Source: Guillardia theta CCMP2712
Lineage: Eukaryota; Protista; Cryptophyta
NCBI RefSeq assembly: GCF_000315625.1
Contig: NW_005434574.1
Coordinates: 50,797 to 114,796 of the forward strand
Reading direction: 5' to 3'
Length of the DNA stretch: 64,000 nucleotides
Of this stretch, positions 35,640 through 47,177 are shown in pieces. The first letter of the stretch is position 1; every line of letters begins with the position of its first letter. A program made the translations under genes and the position numbers. Under the pieces are notes generated by a model. The model was given only the letters and a program-made list of their open reading frames with translations. It had not been told where the DNA came from and made no database searches.

Positions 35640-37070
35640 GGTTATTATGAAGAACAAGATGATGAAAACATGAGGTTTGAATCCAGTGTAGGAGATCGCT
35701 TGTCATTTTGACTTGACACCAACCTTATGGCAGAATAATCATAAGATACTTCCCTGTGATGAATGATTTTTGAATTGCATATTTTCCACATGCGATGCCT
35801 TGAAGATTTGTTTGATGGAGATTGCATCATTTTGCAGATCCACGTAATTAGTCAAGCTCACTTGTTATATTAGACATCAAGCATTGCATAGATTGTTTCA
35901 CAAGATTTCTGCATGCATTTCGCCTACTGCAGTTAGGATGTTTGATTGCATGTAAACACTGATGCCGCCAGAGGCAATCAAGACGTCTTAAGCCTTGAAC
36001 ACCGTCGAGAGTCTCCACTTCTCAGATTTGCAGAGTGTGTTGATTTCTTGATGCGTGGGATTAGTTTTGAGCGTTCATCTAGCTGTGATGTCGGACATTT
36101 GAACCGTCAACACAGTATGCACACATGTATTATTTGTTCTATTGTGAAATAAAGTGATCTCAGTCTTGCATTCGAGGCCATGCTAAAGAGCATTTCTGTA
36201 TCTTCTTTCATTTCACATAAATGCAGAATGCATGCAGGGGTTGAATGATGATGAAAACATCGCTTCCCCTGTAGACCATTCCGACTCACTGTAAGCTTGG
36301 GATCGACATCAAAAGTGGTAGTGATCTGATTGCAGAAATCTTTATACATTCATGAGGTATCATTCTTTGCAATAATCTCATTACAATGACAACCGCAAGT
36401 AGCATCAAATACATGTTCAATGGTCAGCACAATAAGCCTCACATTGGTTTCTTCGTTGTGCCTGCATAGCAGAGATACATCAAAAAGTTGCAAATAAACC
36501 TAATTATGCACAATGTATGCTTGTAGCTCTAGTAAGCCACATTGATTGCTGTAGGATTCTCATCCTGTGGTTGAAACAGACTTTCCATGTCGCCACAGCT
36601 ACGTGGAGCATGTTGATCCTTGAGCATCTTGAATGCATGCTCAAGCAGAAATAATGTGAAGATGTTGCTTTTGAGGATCTGAACTGCAATTACTTGAATT
36701 TTTCTAGCATATTTGCAAGATTGGAGTGCATGAAAGCACCTCATTTGCAAACTGATGGTGCAGCATTGTAAACCATACTTCCTCTCTGAATCCTCATACA
36801 TACGGCTCTCATGCTTGAAACAACGAATAAGAGAGCAGAAAAGGTGTATTCATCTTTTTCAATGTATTCTAAAGACATCTTCATTCCTAGACAGCTTTCT
36901 CTGTCATGCAGTCATGTAAGAGAAGCGGAATTCAAAACTTTCTTTCAAAGTCAGAGACTAAGAAAAGGTCTTAGTCTATCTACATGGATACATTAGACGA
37001 TTAAATTCTCATCCACATTCAAGCAGCAATAGATTCGAAGCCTCTCACCATGATGACTTGTCGTTGCATG
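35640..37070 (-). pseudogene. AT-rich, stop-riddled region; possible decayed gene (one PPR-like fragment)
   Basis: Only short frames; IEKDEYTFSALL near 36830-36865 resembles a PPR helix start. No coherent splice model. Confidence 0.2.
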
Positions 37071-37099
37071 CGGGTGAAGGATCAAGCAGCCATCTCTTG

Positions 37100-38860
37100 C
37101 TTGCCCAGGGAGGGGGGATTTGGGGAGAGGAGAGTGGAGATAGCACCCTACCCCCTATTTCCCAATTTCAAACTCTTGAATCAAAGGGTAGTTTTGTATT
37201 CTTTGCTAGCTACCCACCCCGCCTTTCGTAAAGGTGATGAAGGGGAACCGGGGGTATTGGCGTGGTGAGCTCAAACGGCAATCGAAATGCCTTCTTTTCC
37301 ATTAGCACCCCCACGTACCGTGATACAGTGAAATGCACGGGTATGAGAGAATCTTTCGGTCCTCTACCCCTCCAGACAAAGGAAGTCACTAGGGTGGAGG
37401 CTTATTCGAGACGCCTGTCGAAACCACTTTAAAAGAATAGTACAGACTGTACCAGAGGCACTTCATCCGTACATAGATGTGTACGATTGAAGCGCTGACT
37501 AAACAATTAAAATGAAGTGCTTCAAAAAGTAAGGCGGGGGACAGGGTACCACGCCAGTATAATTCAAATCACCCCACCCTACTTTATCCCTGTCTCACTA
37601 CCCCCCAGTAATAGAGCAAAAACCGGGGTAGCTGAATGGAAGTGTATATATGAACCCCTTCCCAAGGAGAAAAAAAAGACCAATTTTGCTAGAGCCTGCA
37701 TATGGCCTTGTGAACGGCATGGATAACACCGCAGTACAAGGATTTGTCGAATTTGAACGTCGGTTCGTGCAAAGCCCCTTATGGCTGTCCAAATAACACA
37801 TACAAAGAACCCGCTGGCAGCGGCTCAGCGGCTTGGCACCGTCCGCACGACGGGCGGGGCCCCGGCCCACTGCCGGACTCAAGCCCAGGCTCCGCCGGGG
37901 CCTCCGGGAGTCCGGCCGCCGCCGCGTGACAGTCGTGACGGTCCGACGGTCGGAGGCTCCCGCCCGGGGCCGGCGCCGGGGCCGCTCACGCCGCCAAGAG
38001 TTAGTGGTTTCGGAAGTTCAGACTTGGCCACGGGTGACATTAAACTAGGCTGAAACTTCGATATTCGAAAGGCTTTGCAGGAAGTTTATTGAATATTTAT
38101 TGTTCTGTGATTATGCACCGGGAGAGTTTATTGTTTAATTTATATTCTCACTTTACTTCGACTTGTTGCATGATAAGCTGTGGTTTGCTGTCAGGAATCT
38201 TCTCCTCCCCATACACTTGCAACGTTTCATTTTAAATAAGTTTTTGTAAGCCTCCAAAGACCCCAAAGATAGTTTTTTCAATATATTTGTTTGCCCCTGG
38301 TTCTGAAAGAGTGTATTCCTGGGGCTTTTCATCCTAGTTTTGAAATATAAATATACAAATATGTTTTAAAGATCCTCTTCCCCCGAGATACCCTGGCCTC
38401 CTACACCACCGTTGAGAGACTCCACCCTACGAATCAAATGCACCACCCCTATCGTTCTTGCTCTAGTGCACCACCCTTCATGTACCCCACTGCCTCATCT
38501 ATTTACATATTCTATCAAAACTAAATTTGATCAAGTCGGGGTCTTCTTCGAAATTTTATCCCCACGACTACCCTTATCTCCAACGGGAGGTGTACTGATA
38601 CCACCACCACCCCCTCTCTGTACCTCTCCTCAATACGCCCCCCCTTTCTATGATTAGGTACCACCAACCTCGTCCTCCTATGTTGGACTACCCCCTTGTT
38701 ATGATCTCCGTTCATTACCACCCCCTTCTCAACAAGAGAGCATCACTGAGTACCGGTACGTTTTATTATTTTCTGAACCCCTGCCTGCAGGCAAATTTGT
38801 GTAGTTGTAGGGGTACCTGATAGTACCCGTGGTGGCTTCACCCCCATTGTTGATCCAGAG
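37100..38860. promoter_or_regulatory. Intergenic block: GGGGT/ACCCC flank, GC-rich core (37810-38040), AT-rich spacer, ACCCC flank
   Basis: CGTGACAGTCGTGACGGT in the core; same composition as the other intergenic blocks. Confidence 0.45.
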
Positions 38861-38985
38861 ATCGATTTTTGCTGGCGAAATAAGAGGCGACGAAGGAGAA
38901 GCAAGAGAGAAGAAACAAGAGTCAAGAATTTGACACAACAACAACAAGAAGAAGAGAATCGAAGACAACAAGATCAGAGCAAAGA

Positions 38986-39758
38986 ATGGCACAAGTAGAA
39001 GAGGTAAACACAAGACCCTGTGCGCGATGTTTCCCTTGTGCTTTGTTTCTGTTTGTTGAATCGCAATTTTGCAACGCGACTAGTAACGATTTGCTACTAT
39101 TTTCTCATATAAGAACATGGCAGTCATTTGCTGTCCTCTCAATCCCTCGATTTGTCATCTCCTGTAGCCCCCAAGATTCTTTTCTCAACATGAACTTGTC
39201 GATCATCCGATCTTGATGTCAAATGACTCCGTTTGTCAGTGGTCGGAACTTTCCAAGTTTGAGAGCTGGAAGAAATCTCCGGAGAGGAGCGAGCTGTTCA
39301 AGGCAGCTGAGCTCATGGTGGAAGAAGACCTTTGGGAGGATTCCGAAGATCGTTCAAACTTGTTCCAGTTCGCCAAGATTCTGGTCCAGGAGGACGAGTG
39401 GGAGGGCAGCCAGGACCGCAGTGATCAGTTCAAAGTGGCCAAGATTCTTGCGGAGGACGAGGAATGGACTAGATCGAGCTTGAGGAGCGAGCTCTTTCTC
39501 TCGTGCTACATTGACATCTCGGAGGAGGAGTGGGAGCATGAGGAGACGAGGTCGGAACTCTTCAAGGAAGTAGCATGTTCGCACCCATCCGCTCTCGAAG
39601 AAGGTATTGCGGATGGGCCACAGCTCTGCATGGCCAGCTCAGCCATGCCCAATGGCCCCACGTTATTTGCCAGCCCCGTTGAACCGCAGAATGCATACCT
39701 AGAAGGAGCTTGCATGCAGGCACTTGAGGAGATCATCATCGAAAGGTGTGAACATTGA
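38986..39758 (+). CDS. Acidic protein with five 22-aa repeats (WxxSxxRSELFxxAxxxxEExx); two exons
   Basis: MAQVEE | intron 39004-39167 | PPRFFSQHEL... is in frame with ORF 39213..39758. Repeats are directly visible. Confidence 0.75.
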
Positions 39759-40267
39759 CTTTTAATGCGAGTGCCTTTGTCAGTTGTCGTCTTGATTTTC
39801 CTCACTCTTGTCGTGTGTTCTCTTCCTCAGCACTGTTTTTTTTTGTTGTCTGCTTCTTCTGGGAACATCTCTTGACGAATGGTTTGGCAGGGGTGAACCA
39901 GCATGTGGCGTAATGGAGCTGAAACTGCACAAGCACTCGCCAAACAACGTGGCGGAGTTGCCCTTCCATGCACCGCCTGCGCTATCGCTGCTTCCTGCAT
40001 GCTAAACGAAGCTGCGTGGACCATTGGAGCATAGAAACACTACCTGTTGTGTGCCTGTTTTGCTTGGCCGTGTCCGATTAACACATTGATTGTCATCGTT
40101 TTGAAGTTTGGATGATGTGGTGAAGGATATTTGCTATGTACCTTAGATTTTTCTATCCTTTGAATGCAAAACAAAAAATATAGTTGATACACTACAATTA
40201 ACAAGGTTGCTGGTGAACTTAGGTTCTGTAATCGATGTTCGATCTTGCGTTGAATTTCTCTTTCTCC

Positions 40268-41589
40268 TTACTCACGAGGATCGTCATCATCGTACCAATC
40301 CGGATCCTGCAAGGGAAATAAGAAATTGTTGATGCACACTAGATCAGGCCCAGGAGAAGTACAGAGCAAGGGGACAAGAGCAATGAGAGACACAACCGCA
40401 ATGCATCTAAACAAGCCAATGATGCACATCACATTGAATGAACATATAGTCAACGAGCAACAAGTCTGAAGACAAGACTGAAATACTGCGTAGAATCGAA
40501 CAACGAGACCGACACAACCGATCAAGGAGGAGCGCGCACACCGAACCTCACAAACAAGGGGAGCACATCGTAAAGAGCAAGCCAACATACCTCTCTGGGC
40601 TCATAAGAGTGCTTCCACATCTGCCACGGCTCGATCAACGTTCCGCTTTTGTCTTCTTGAATGTAATTCCCTGCTGGCTGCCTGTACTGCAGCTCTGGGT
40701 CCGCTCCCTCCAGCGCAGAGGCATAATCAATCCAGGCAACGTCCGCGTTGGGTGATGGGGGAGGGAGCTCTACTTCAACCTCCTCCTCCTCCTCGCCCTC
40801 CGCGTTACCCGTCTCGTTCGGTTCTGATACAGAAGGCAGATCCCCGTCAACTGGCAGAGATTCCGATGGCTCTTCCTCCAGAACCACAAAGTTCCTCGGG
40901 GCCTCCCTCAACGCAGCCTCAGCCTTGACATTCATTGCCCGCTGCTTGAAGTACAGCAGCTCCTTCCTGCCAACCTTGGCCGGTCTCATTCCCTCCAGCG
41001 TGAAGTATCTGTCTTGCGGTGCTCTGAAGCTATCGATGTACTTACATCCCTCCAACACATCGAACCCATAGCAACGGTCGGAGAGCTTTCCATACGCCGA
41101 GAAGATGGAAGCCGCGCAAGTCTCGGGGCACCCGACATTCTTCATATGTTGATAGCAGTCGCAATCATCCGGAGTCGGCTTCCTCCCCCTCAGCATGTCC
41201 ATGCCAGGTGGCATTGTCGACAGGCAGAACTTGAAATGGTCGAAGCACACGTCCTCGAACTTCCCGCAGCTTGTCTCCTGCAGGCCAACACCCACAGCCC
41301 CACACCCACCAGGACGGTCACATCCGAGCGCTCTGCTCTCCCAGTCTGGACCCCAGTTGAGACAGTCCCATCCCCCCCAGTTCACGCCTTTGCCTCCTGC
41401 TCCGCTCGCTGCTACCTCCTGCTTCAGTGCCATGACGGGCCGAACACGTCGACCATCCATGAAGCCCGCCAAGTTGTCCTGCATGAGAGAGGATGGAGAG
41501 GTTTTGTTTCCCACAAGGAGCATGACAACGAGGAGCATGGTCGCTCCTGCCAGCGCTCCGGCTGCTCTCCGCCGCCAACCCATAGACAT
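40268..41589 (-). CDS. Type II membrane/secreted Cys-rich hypothetical protein
   Basis: N-terminal anchor AAGALAGATMLLVVMLLVG, Cys-rich middle, acidic tail; last small exon DPDWYDDDDPRE*. Confidence 0.75.
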
Positions 41590-41932
41590 TGTGTCGGCAA
41601 GCCAGGGAAACTTGGCGAATGAATTTCAAGATATACATGAAACTTGGTGCTCTAATTTCAAATATTCAAAAACATTTAAGGAATCGTGTAGAATTTTCAC
41701 GCCAATTACAGATTCTTTCCCCAAGAGTCAAGTGGGTTCATCCAGCTTCTGCGGAGCACTCCAAGGAGGCGGGCCCACCAATTTACATGAGTAGGGGTAT
41801 TTTTGACCGAAAACAGGGGGTAGCATGGTACTTTGAATTCCAGTCATGTGGGTGGGTCCTTCATAGCATTTTGTTCTCTCGAAGAAGGGTAGGGTAGTTG
41901 TGCGGTGCGAAGAGGCGTCCAAGGTCTGCGCC

Positions 41933-44193
41933 ATGGCACGGGACGAGGGGTACGGCGCCATGGCGCGAGGAGGAGGCGCGGCTGAGGAAGGAGGAAGGAT
42001 CGTTACGACACGATGGTCGCTGATGGCATCGAGGAGGAGGACGCTGATGGTGCTCGGTGCCCTTGGAGTCGTGTGCCTGGTGTGGGCTCATGCAATGGCC
42101 GGGAGGTTGGTGTACGGTCGGACTCGGCTGCTTCAAATCGGCGGTGGGTTTGACGTGGCAGGAGTATGGTGGAAGAAGATCGCACCAAGCAAGGGAAGCA
42201 TTCGCAAGGAAGCTCTGAAGATGGTGAAGGAGATGAAGCAGGATGAGCAGCTTGAGAAGGAGGTGAAAGGAATCCAGAGCGCTGAAGCGAAAGCAAGGGC
42301 TGTGCTCCATGGAAACTCAGGCGGAAGGATGATGGAGCTGCATGAGACTAGTGGGAAGGGAATGGATGACCTTGGCATTAACGTTCCAAGTTTGAAACAT
42401 TTCCAAAAAGCAGCAGCTTCGGGGGATTACTATCAACGCAAATACCGATATGGCGACTCCGCCAACAAGGCTGAGGACACGAAGGCAGGCGACAAGAAGA
42501 ACTCAAAGCTGCTCGAGCCAGGTTCCTACCCTGCCGTTGGCTTCCCGTGGGCTCAGACCAGCATCGACACCGCCTACTCTAACGGCCCAGCCAAGACCTT
42601 CGACACGCCACCTGACGTCACTTGCCCGCGTTTCATCCCCAACTGCAACCCGCAGCTCAACACGTTGAAGAGCTGCGACGCGAGCTGTGGTGCCTTCTGT
42701 CAGGCCCTCCGAGCCGATGGGCCCTGCCTGTCCGGAGACTCCGAGGGCGAATGGCGAAACTGCAAGTTCGGGTACCGTGGAGCCAAGAGCACGCCGTCGT
42801 CGGAGGATGAGGAGAGCGGGTGGCTGGAGGCGCCTGAGAAGTGGGAGGTAGGAGGTCCTACAGACTGCATGACGTGCCCAGTTGGGTTCAAGGTTCTTCC
42901 GATGTACGGTGATGGGACGGGGAAGTGCGTGCCGTGCGAGGAGGGATGGGTAGATCCTGAGACGGGAATCATCACGGAGGAAGGGTGCCGAGGGGGGCAG
43001 TATGCGGTCTTGAAGGCAGGGGAGGAGCCAGGTCAGAAGGAGGGCACTGAAGACTTTGGGATGCTTGCGGGATGCTTCTCGACCTCGGAGCTTCCTGCCG
43101 ACGGCTCACAGATCCTGGCCAAGATCCCAGACGAAGTCAAAGAGACTCCGTTTTTTGAGGGGTATCCTGGCGACTACTACCCGGCACAGGTGAGCTTGCG
43201 TCCTCTCAGCTGTAGGGAGCGCTGAGTTGACGTCTGAACTCCTCCAGGTGATGGGATACGATGCAGACGAAGACAAGCTTGCGATCAAGTTCGACGATGG
43301 GGGACCCTTCGTCCCGCTCTCAGAGGGGATTTCTGCCAAAGTCGGAGATGACTTTGTGCCCATTCCCAAGACAGGAGATAAAGTTACCATCTCTCAAGCC
43401 TACTGGGACGACTGCTGCTCCGAGGAGTACGACCCTTCCATCAGTGGGCCCCTCATGCTCGGAGGTAATATGAGCCCTCCTCCTCCTCCTCCTCCTCCTG
43501 CTTCCCTCACTTCCCTTGTTTCCGAGCTGACCAGTCTCGGATGGAGCAGATGTAGGAGAGGTCACCTCCTCCCTCCCTCCAGAGGCCAACGAGGCTGCTC
43601 CCTACACCGTCCTCGCTCCAAACGGAGTCAGATGGATGTACAGTGCTGGAGAAATTCTCCCCGTGATAGGAGAGGTCAAGTGCTCCCTTCCCGGTCTTGT
43701 CCACATCAACACTGTGGGGCCGGTAAGTGTGCCTGCCCTGGCATGCTTCCTGCCTTGACGAGCTCCTGCAGGAGATGAACACGCTGAAGGAGGTTGAAGA
43801 GCCCCCTGCTGGGATGACGGCCCTCCCCGAGGACCCGGAGTGCTGCTGCTGCACTCGAGACCTTTGGGTGAGGCGTGCTGTGTAGGAGGAGAAGATGGCG
43901 CTGGGGCTGATGTGACTTCAGGTGGGATGCTGGGGCTGGTGTGGCGACCAAACGGTCGCTCCTCCCATCTTGAGTCGATCGGTGAGTCCGAGGACGTGAG
44001 CGCGAAGTCGTTGGTCGTTGACCCGCGAGCAGGCGCCGCACTTCCGTGCTGGGTACGGAGCGAAGCCTGGGGAGGTAGGGGGGCCGGGTCGAGGAGAGTA
44101 CCCGATGCAAGAGCCTCCCATGTGAGGGTCGCGCGCTCGCTGGATGGCGCAGCAGTGAAGCCTCGGAGGAGACGCTTGCTGTTCGTCTTGTAG
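41933..44193 (+). CDS. Type II membrane Cys-rich protein with an SH3-like beta-barrel module; multi-exon, 3' end approximate
   Basis: Anchor TLMVLGALGVVCLVWA; motif TDCMTCPVGFKVLPMYGDGTGKCVPC; spliced KTGDKVTISQAYW...SGPLMLG|DVGEV...PYTVLAPNGVRWMYSAGEI. Confidence 0.7.
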
Positions 44194-45589
44194 TTTTAAT
44201 CAGGCTCAACACTTCTCCTGTCAAACAAACAAACTCAAAACACTTTCAAGTCCTCGAGCCTCCAACTTTCTTGATCTCAGCTAGTGGAGCACTCAACATG
44301 TTCTTGAGCAACAGTTGTAAGACCTGAGGGTCATGATCATTATGCTACACTGTTGACGAGTAGAGGGTCGACATCGACCATGAATGATTTATGATCAACA
44401 AAGATTCCTTACAGGCAGTTAAAATGAAGCAGAAGCTGCGAGCACGACTCCGATGTCAACAAACATGATATGCTTCAGGGCTGAGATAAACAGCTTTCAC
44501 CCTCAGAAGACATTCGAATGTCGAAACGTCGAGCTGCACATGAAGATGATGAGCTGCGTCTGAAGCAACAGAGTGAAGTCCTCCTCCTTGTAGATGAAGC
44601 AGAAGCCGTCCATCCTTCCTGTGCTGCGACTTCTCTGCCGCACTGCGCGACTGCTATCCTGGACAACAAGAGTGTTGTGATAGGGTCACCTGGTCGACAT
44701 GCTCCAAGAGTCTTCTTGCATCATGATCGGTTCGTCCCATCCTTTTCATCACACTCAGACATGATAGCATTGATGCACATAGCCAGACTTCTTCGACATG
44801 TTCTACGACAAGACCACCTCCGCTAGGTTAACATCCGTCAGATCGCACCATTGGTTTGAATACAGGCAGCTGCTGTACAACGGAATTTCATTTTGTCTCC
44901 CACGAGTGAGGAAACAATGCAGCTAGGAGTTGTTGTAATTTGCAACGTTGGCAATCATTGCATCTTTAGTCGCATCCCAAGTAAAGTTTCCTTTCACTGC
45001 AAGGAGACAGGCAGACCATGAAAAGATGCTAAACAACACACGAGGAATCTTCGCTGAACAAAGTCTTGGTCTGTGTTGCTCCTAACTCACAACCAGTGGA
45101 TTTGAACCTACCTCGATTTTCTCAACACGTCAGAGCTTGAAAGCGGTTGGTTCAATCCATCGAGCTCATTGGGCAGGTTTCTGGAGAGTATGGAGCACAG
45201 GAATCAGCTCCCTCCTCCCTTGAGCTCTTCATTGCATGCTGTTCGCTCCTTCTCTCCTAGACGACTGTACGTCCCAATATGGCCGGTAGCAGTCAGAGCA
45301 ACGATTCTCCTTGGATACGATCACACGTGCTGAGCATTCCTGGCAGCCAGAAGGAGTGATCAAGACGCTCCCGTCTCTCCTTGCGGTAACAGAGGATCGT
45401 CCAGCATCGCGCAAAGAAGGGGCTCGAATGTCACGGAATCAATCCAAGATGTTGAGGTTGAGGTAGCCACAAATGGAGCAGAATCCCTTCCAAAAGGAAA
45501 CATTCAAGTTGTAATCACTAGAAGCTTTAGATCAACGCTTCCTTAGAGAACAAGACTGCAACTTACCGACGAGAAGCACTCAGTCACGA

Positions 45590-46030
45590 ATAAGGGGGAA
45601 GGAAGGACGGAAGGAACAGGAATGGGAGGATGGATTGGGGAGGAGCCTGACGGTGGCCAGCCGGAAGGGGTGGAGGAGGAAGGGAGGATCTGCCGGAAGG
45701 GGTGGAGGAGGAAGGGAAGGGGTGGAGGAGGAGGGAGGATCTGCCGGAAGGGGTGGAGGAGGTGTGAGGTATCGAAGGGGTGAGTAGAGCAGGGAGGGAG
45801 GGAGGAACTCCCTGAATGGGTAGAAGAGGAAAGGAAGAACTCCCGAATGGGTGGAAGAGGTGTGAGGTATCGAAGGAGCGGAGCGAGGATCTCAGAGTCT
45901 GCCGATCTGCCGGAAGGGGTGGAGGAGGGAGGGAGGATCTGCCGGAAGGGTGGAGGAGGGAGGGAGGATCTGCCGGAAGGGTGGAGGAGGAAGGGAGGAT
46001 CTGCCGGAAGGGTGGAGGAGGAAGGAGGCT
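45590..46030. repeat. G-rich ~29-30 bp tandem repeat (GGGAGGATCTGCCGGAAGGGTGGAGGA) with nested duplications
   Basis: About 7 copies; GGTGTGAGGTATCGAAGG and GAACTCCC..AATGGGT.GAAGAGG each occur twice. Confidence 0.85.
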
Positions 46031-46229
46031 CAAAGGGAGGCTAGAAGGAGGGCTAGAGGGAGGAACTACTGCTGGAGCTACTGAAGCTGCTACTGAAGGA
46101 ACTACCGGAAGGAAACTGAGACGACTGAGGGAGGGCTACAGGAGCGGACCTACAGGAGCGGACGGACCTACCTGGTCGGAAATGACCAGATCCCTGCGAC
46201 ATCCGCCGTTGAATTTCTTACGGCTTACA

Positions 46230-46880
46230 GGGAGGGGGTGGGGTACTGCACGGTCAGCATCCGAGCAGGTGGGGTGGGGGTGGATACTTAAGTTTGGTTC
46301 GCTGACATGATGACGGGAGTACCGGTCTTAACTTTTACTCATCATCTCTTCCCGGCCTCTTCCTCGAGGAGTCGTCTCACTGCTCACCGTCAGTGATCGG
46401 ACGGCCCGGTCGGACTGAGCCCGGCCCGCGGCCGCGCCCCCCGGCCCATCGAGTCTGAGTGAATGAGTGAGTGAGAGTTGAACAATCAGTACGCTGTCGC
46501 CGCACTTCCAGTGACGCCCGGCCCGGGCCCGCGGGCCGAGCCACTGGCCTTGCTGAGCCGCTGAGTGAAAATAGGCTTCCGGGAAGCAACCAGGCGGCGC
46601 CAATCACGTCGGACTTGCCGCCGCGCTGAGGGCCGGGCGGCCCGTGCACTGCACCCGGCACTGCGCATGACAGTGCGATCGGCCCGAACTTGTGCCTTGA
46701 CTCAGTGAACTGGAACCGTACTGCAACCGAGCAAACCGGGACCAAGTACCGCAGCCCGTCACCTGCTCAGGCTAACTTGGAACGATCGCTCCGAGGCTCC
46801 TCAGGGCCTTCAGCCAACGTGCAGGACTCGAATAGTATACTGAGGGCCTATGTGAGGCCTTACAGCAGCAGATATTAACA
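46230..46880. promoter_or_regulatory. GGGGT flank plus GC-rich core of the recurring intergenic type
   Basis: CAGTGAC, TGACAGTG and CCCGGCCCGG motifs. Confidence 0.4.
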
Positions 46881-47177
46881 GACAAGACATGCAAAGAGCA
46901 ATCATCTGGCAAATACAAACAAACAATGCAGGAAATACAAACAAACAATACAAACGATGCAAGAAGAACGAACTCGTAAGGTCAGGCAGCGACAGCGAGG
47001 AAGGATGTCCGATCGACGGAAGAAGGATGTCGGAGGGAGCACAAGATGCAGGTCCTGTCGTCTCAGTTTCTCCTCCATCTTCAGTACCCGCTGACGCCCA
47101 TATCTAGCTCAGCATCAGATCTTCTTGCAGACCCCTGCAGAAACAGTCAGCAGGCTGGCTCTTAGCAAGCTCAGAAG

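Noticed and set aside
35400-37100. Candidate recombinase/invertase next to the inverted locus
   Set aside because: In the frames I read there is no tyrosine-recombinase (R..HxxR..Y), serine-recombinase or DDE motif, only short stop-interrupted frames.
44300-45560. Possible gene on the minus strand
   Set aside because: Frames are interrupted by stops, and no consistent splice model or domain could be supported.
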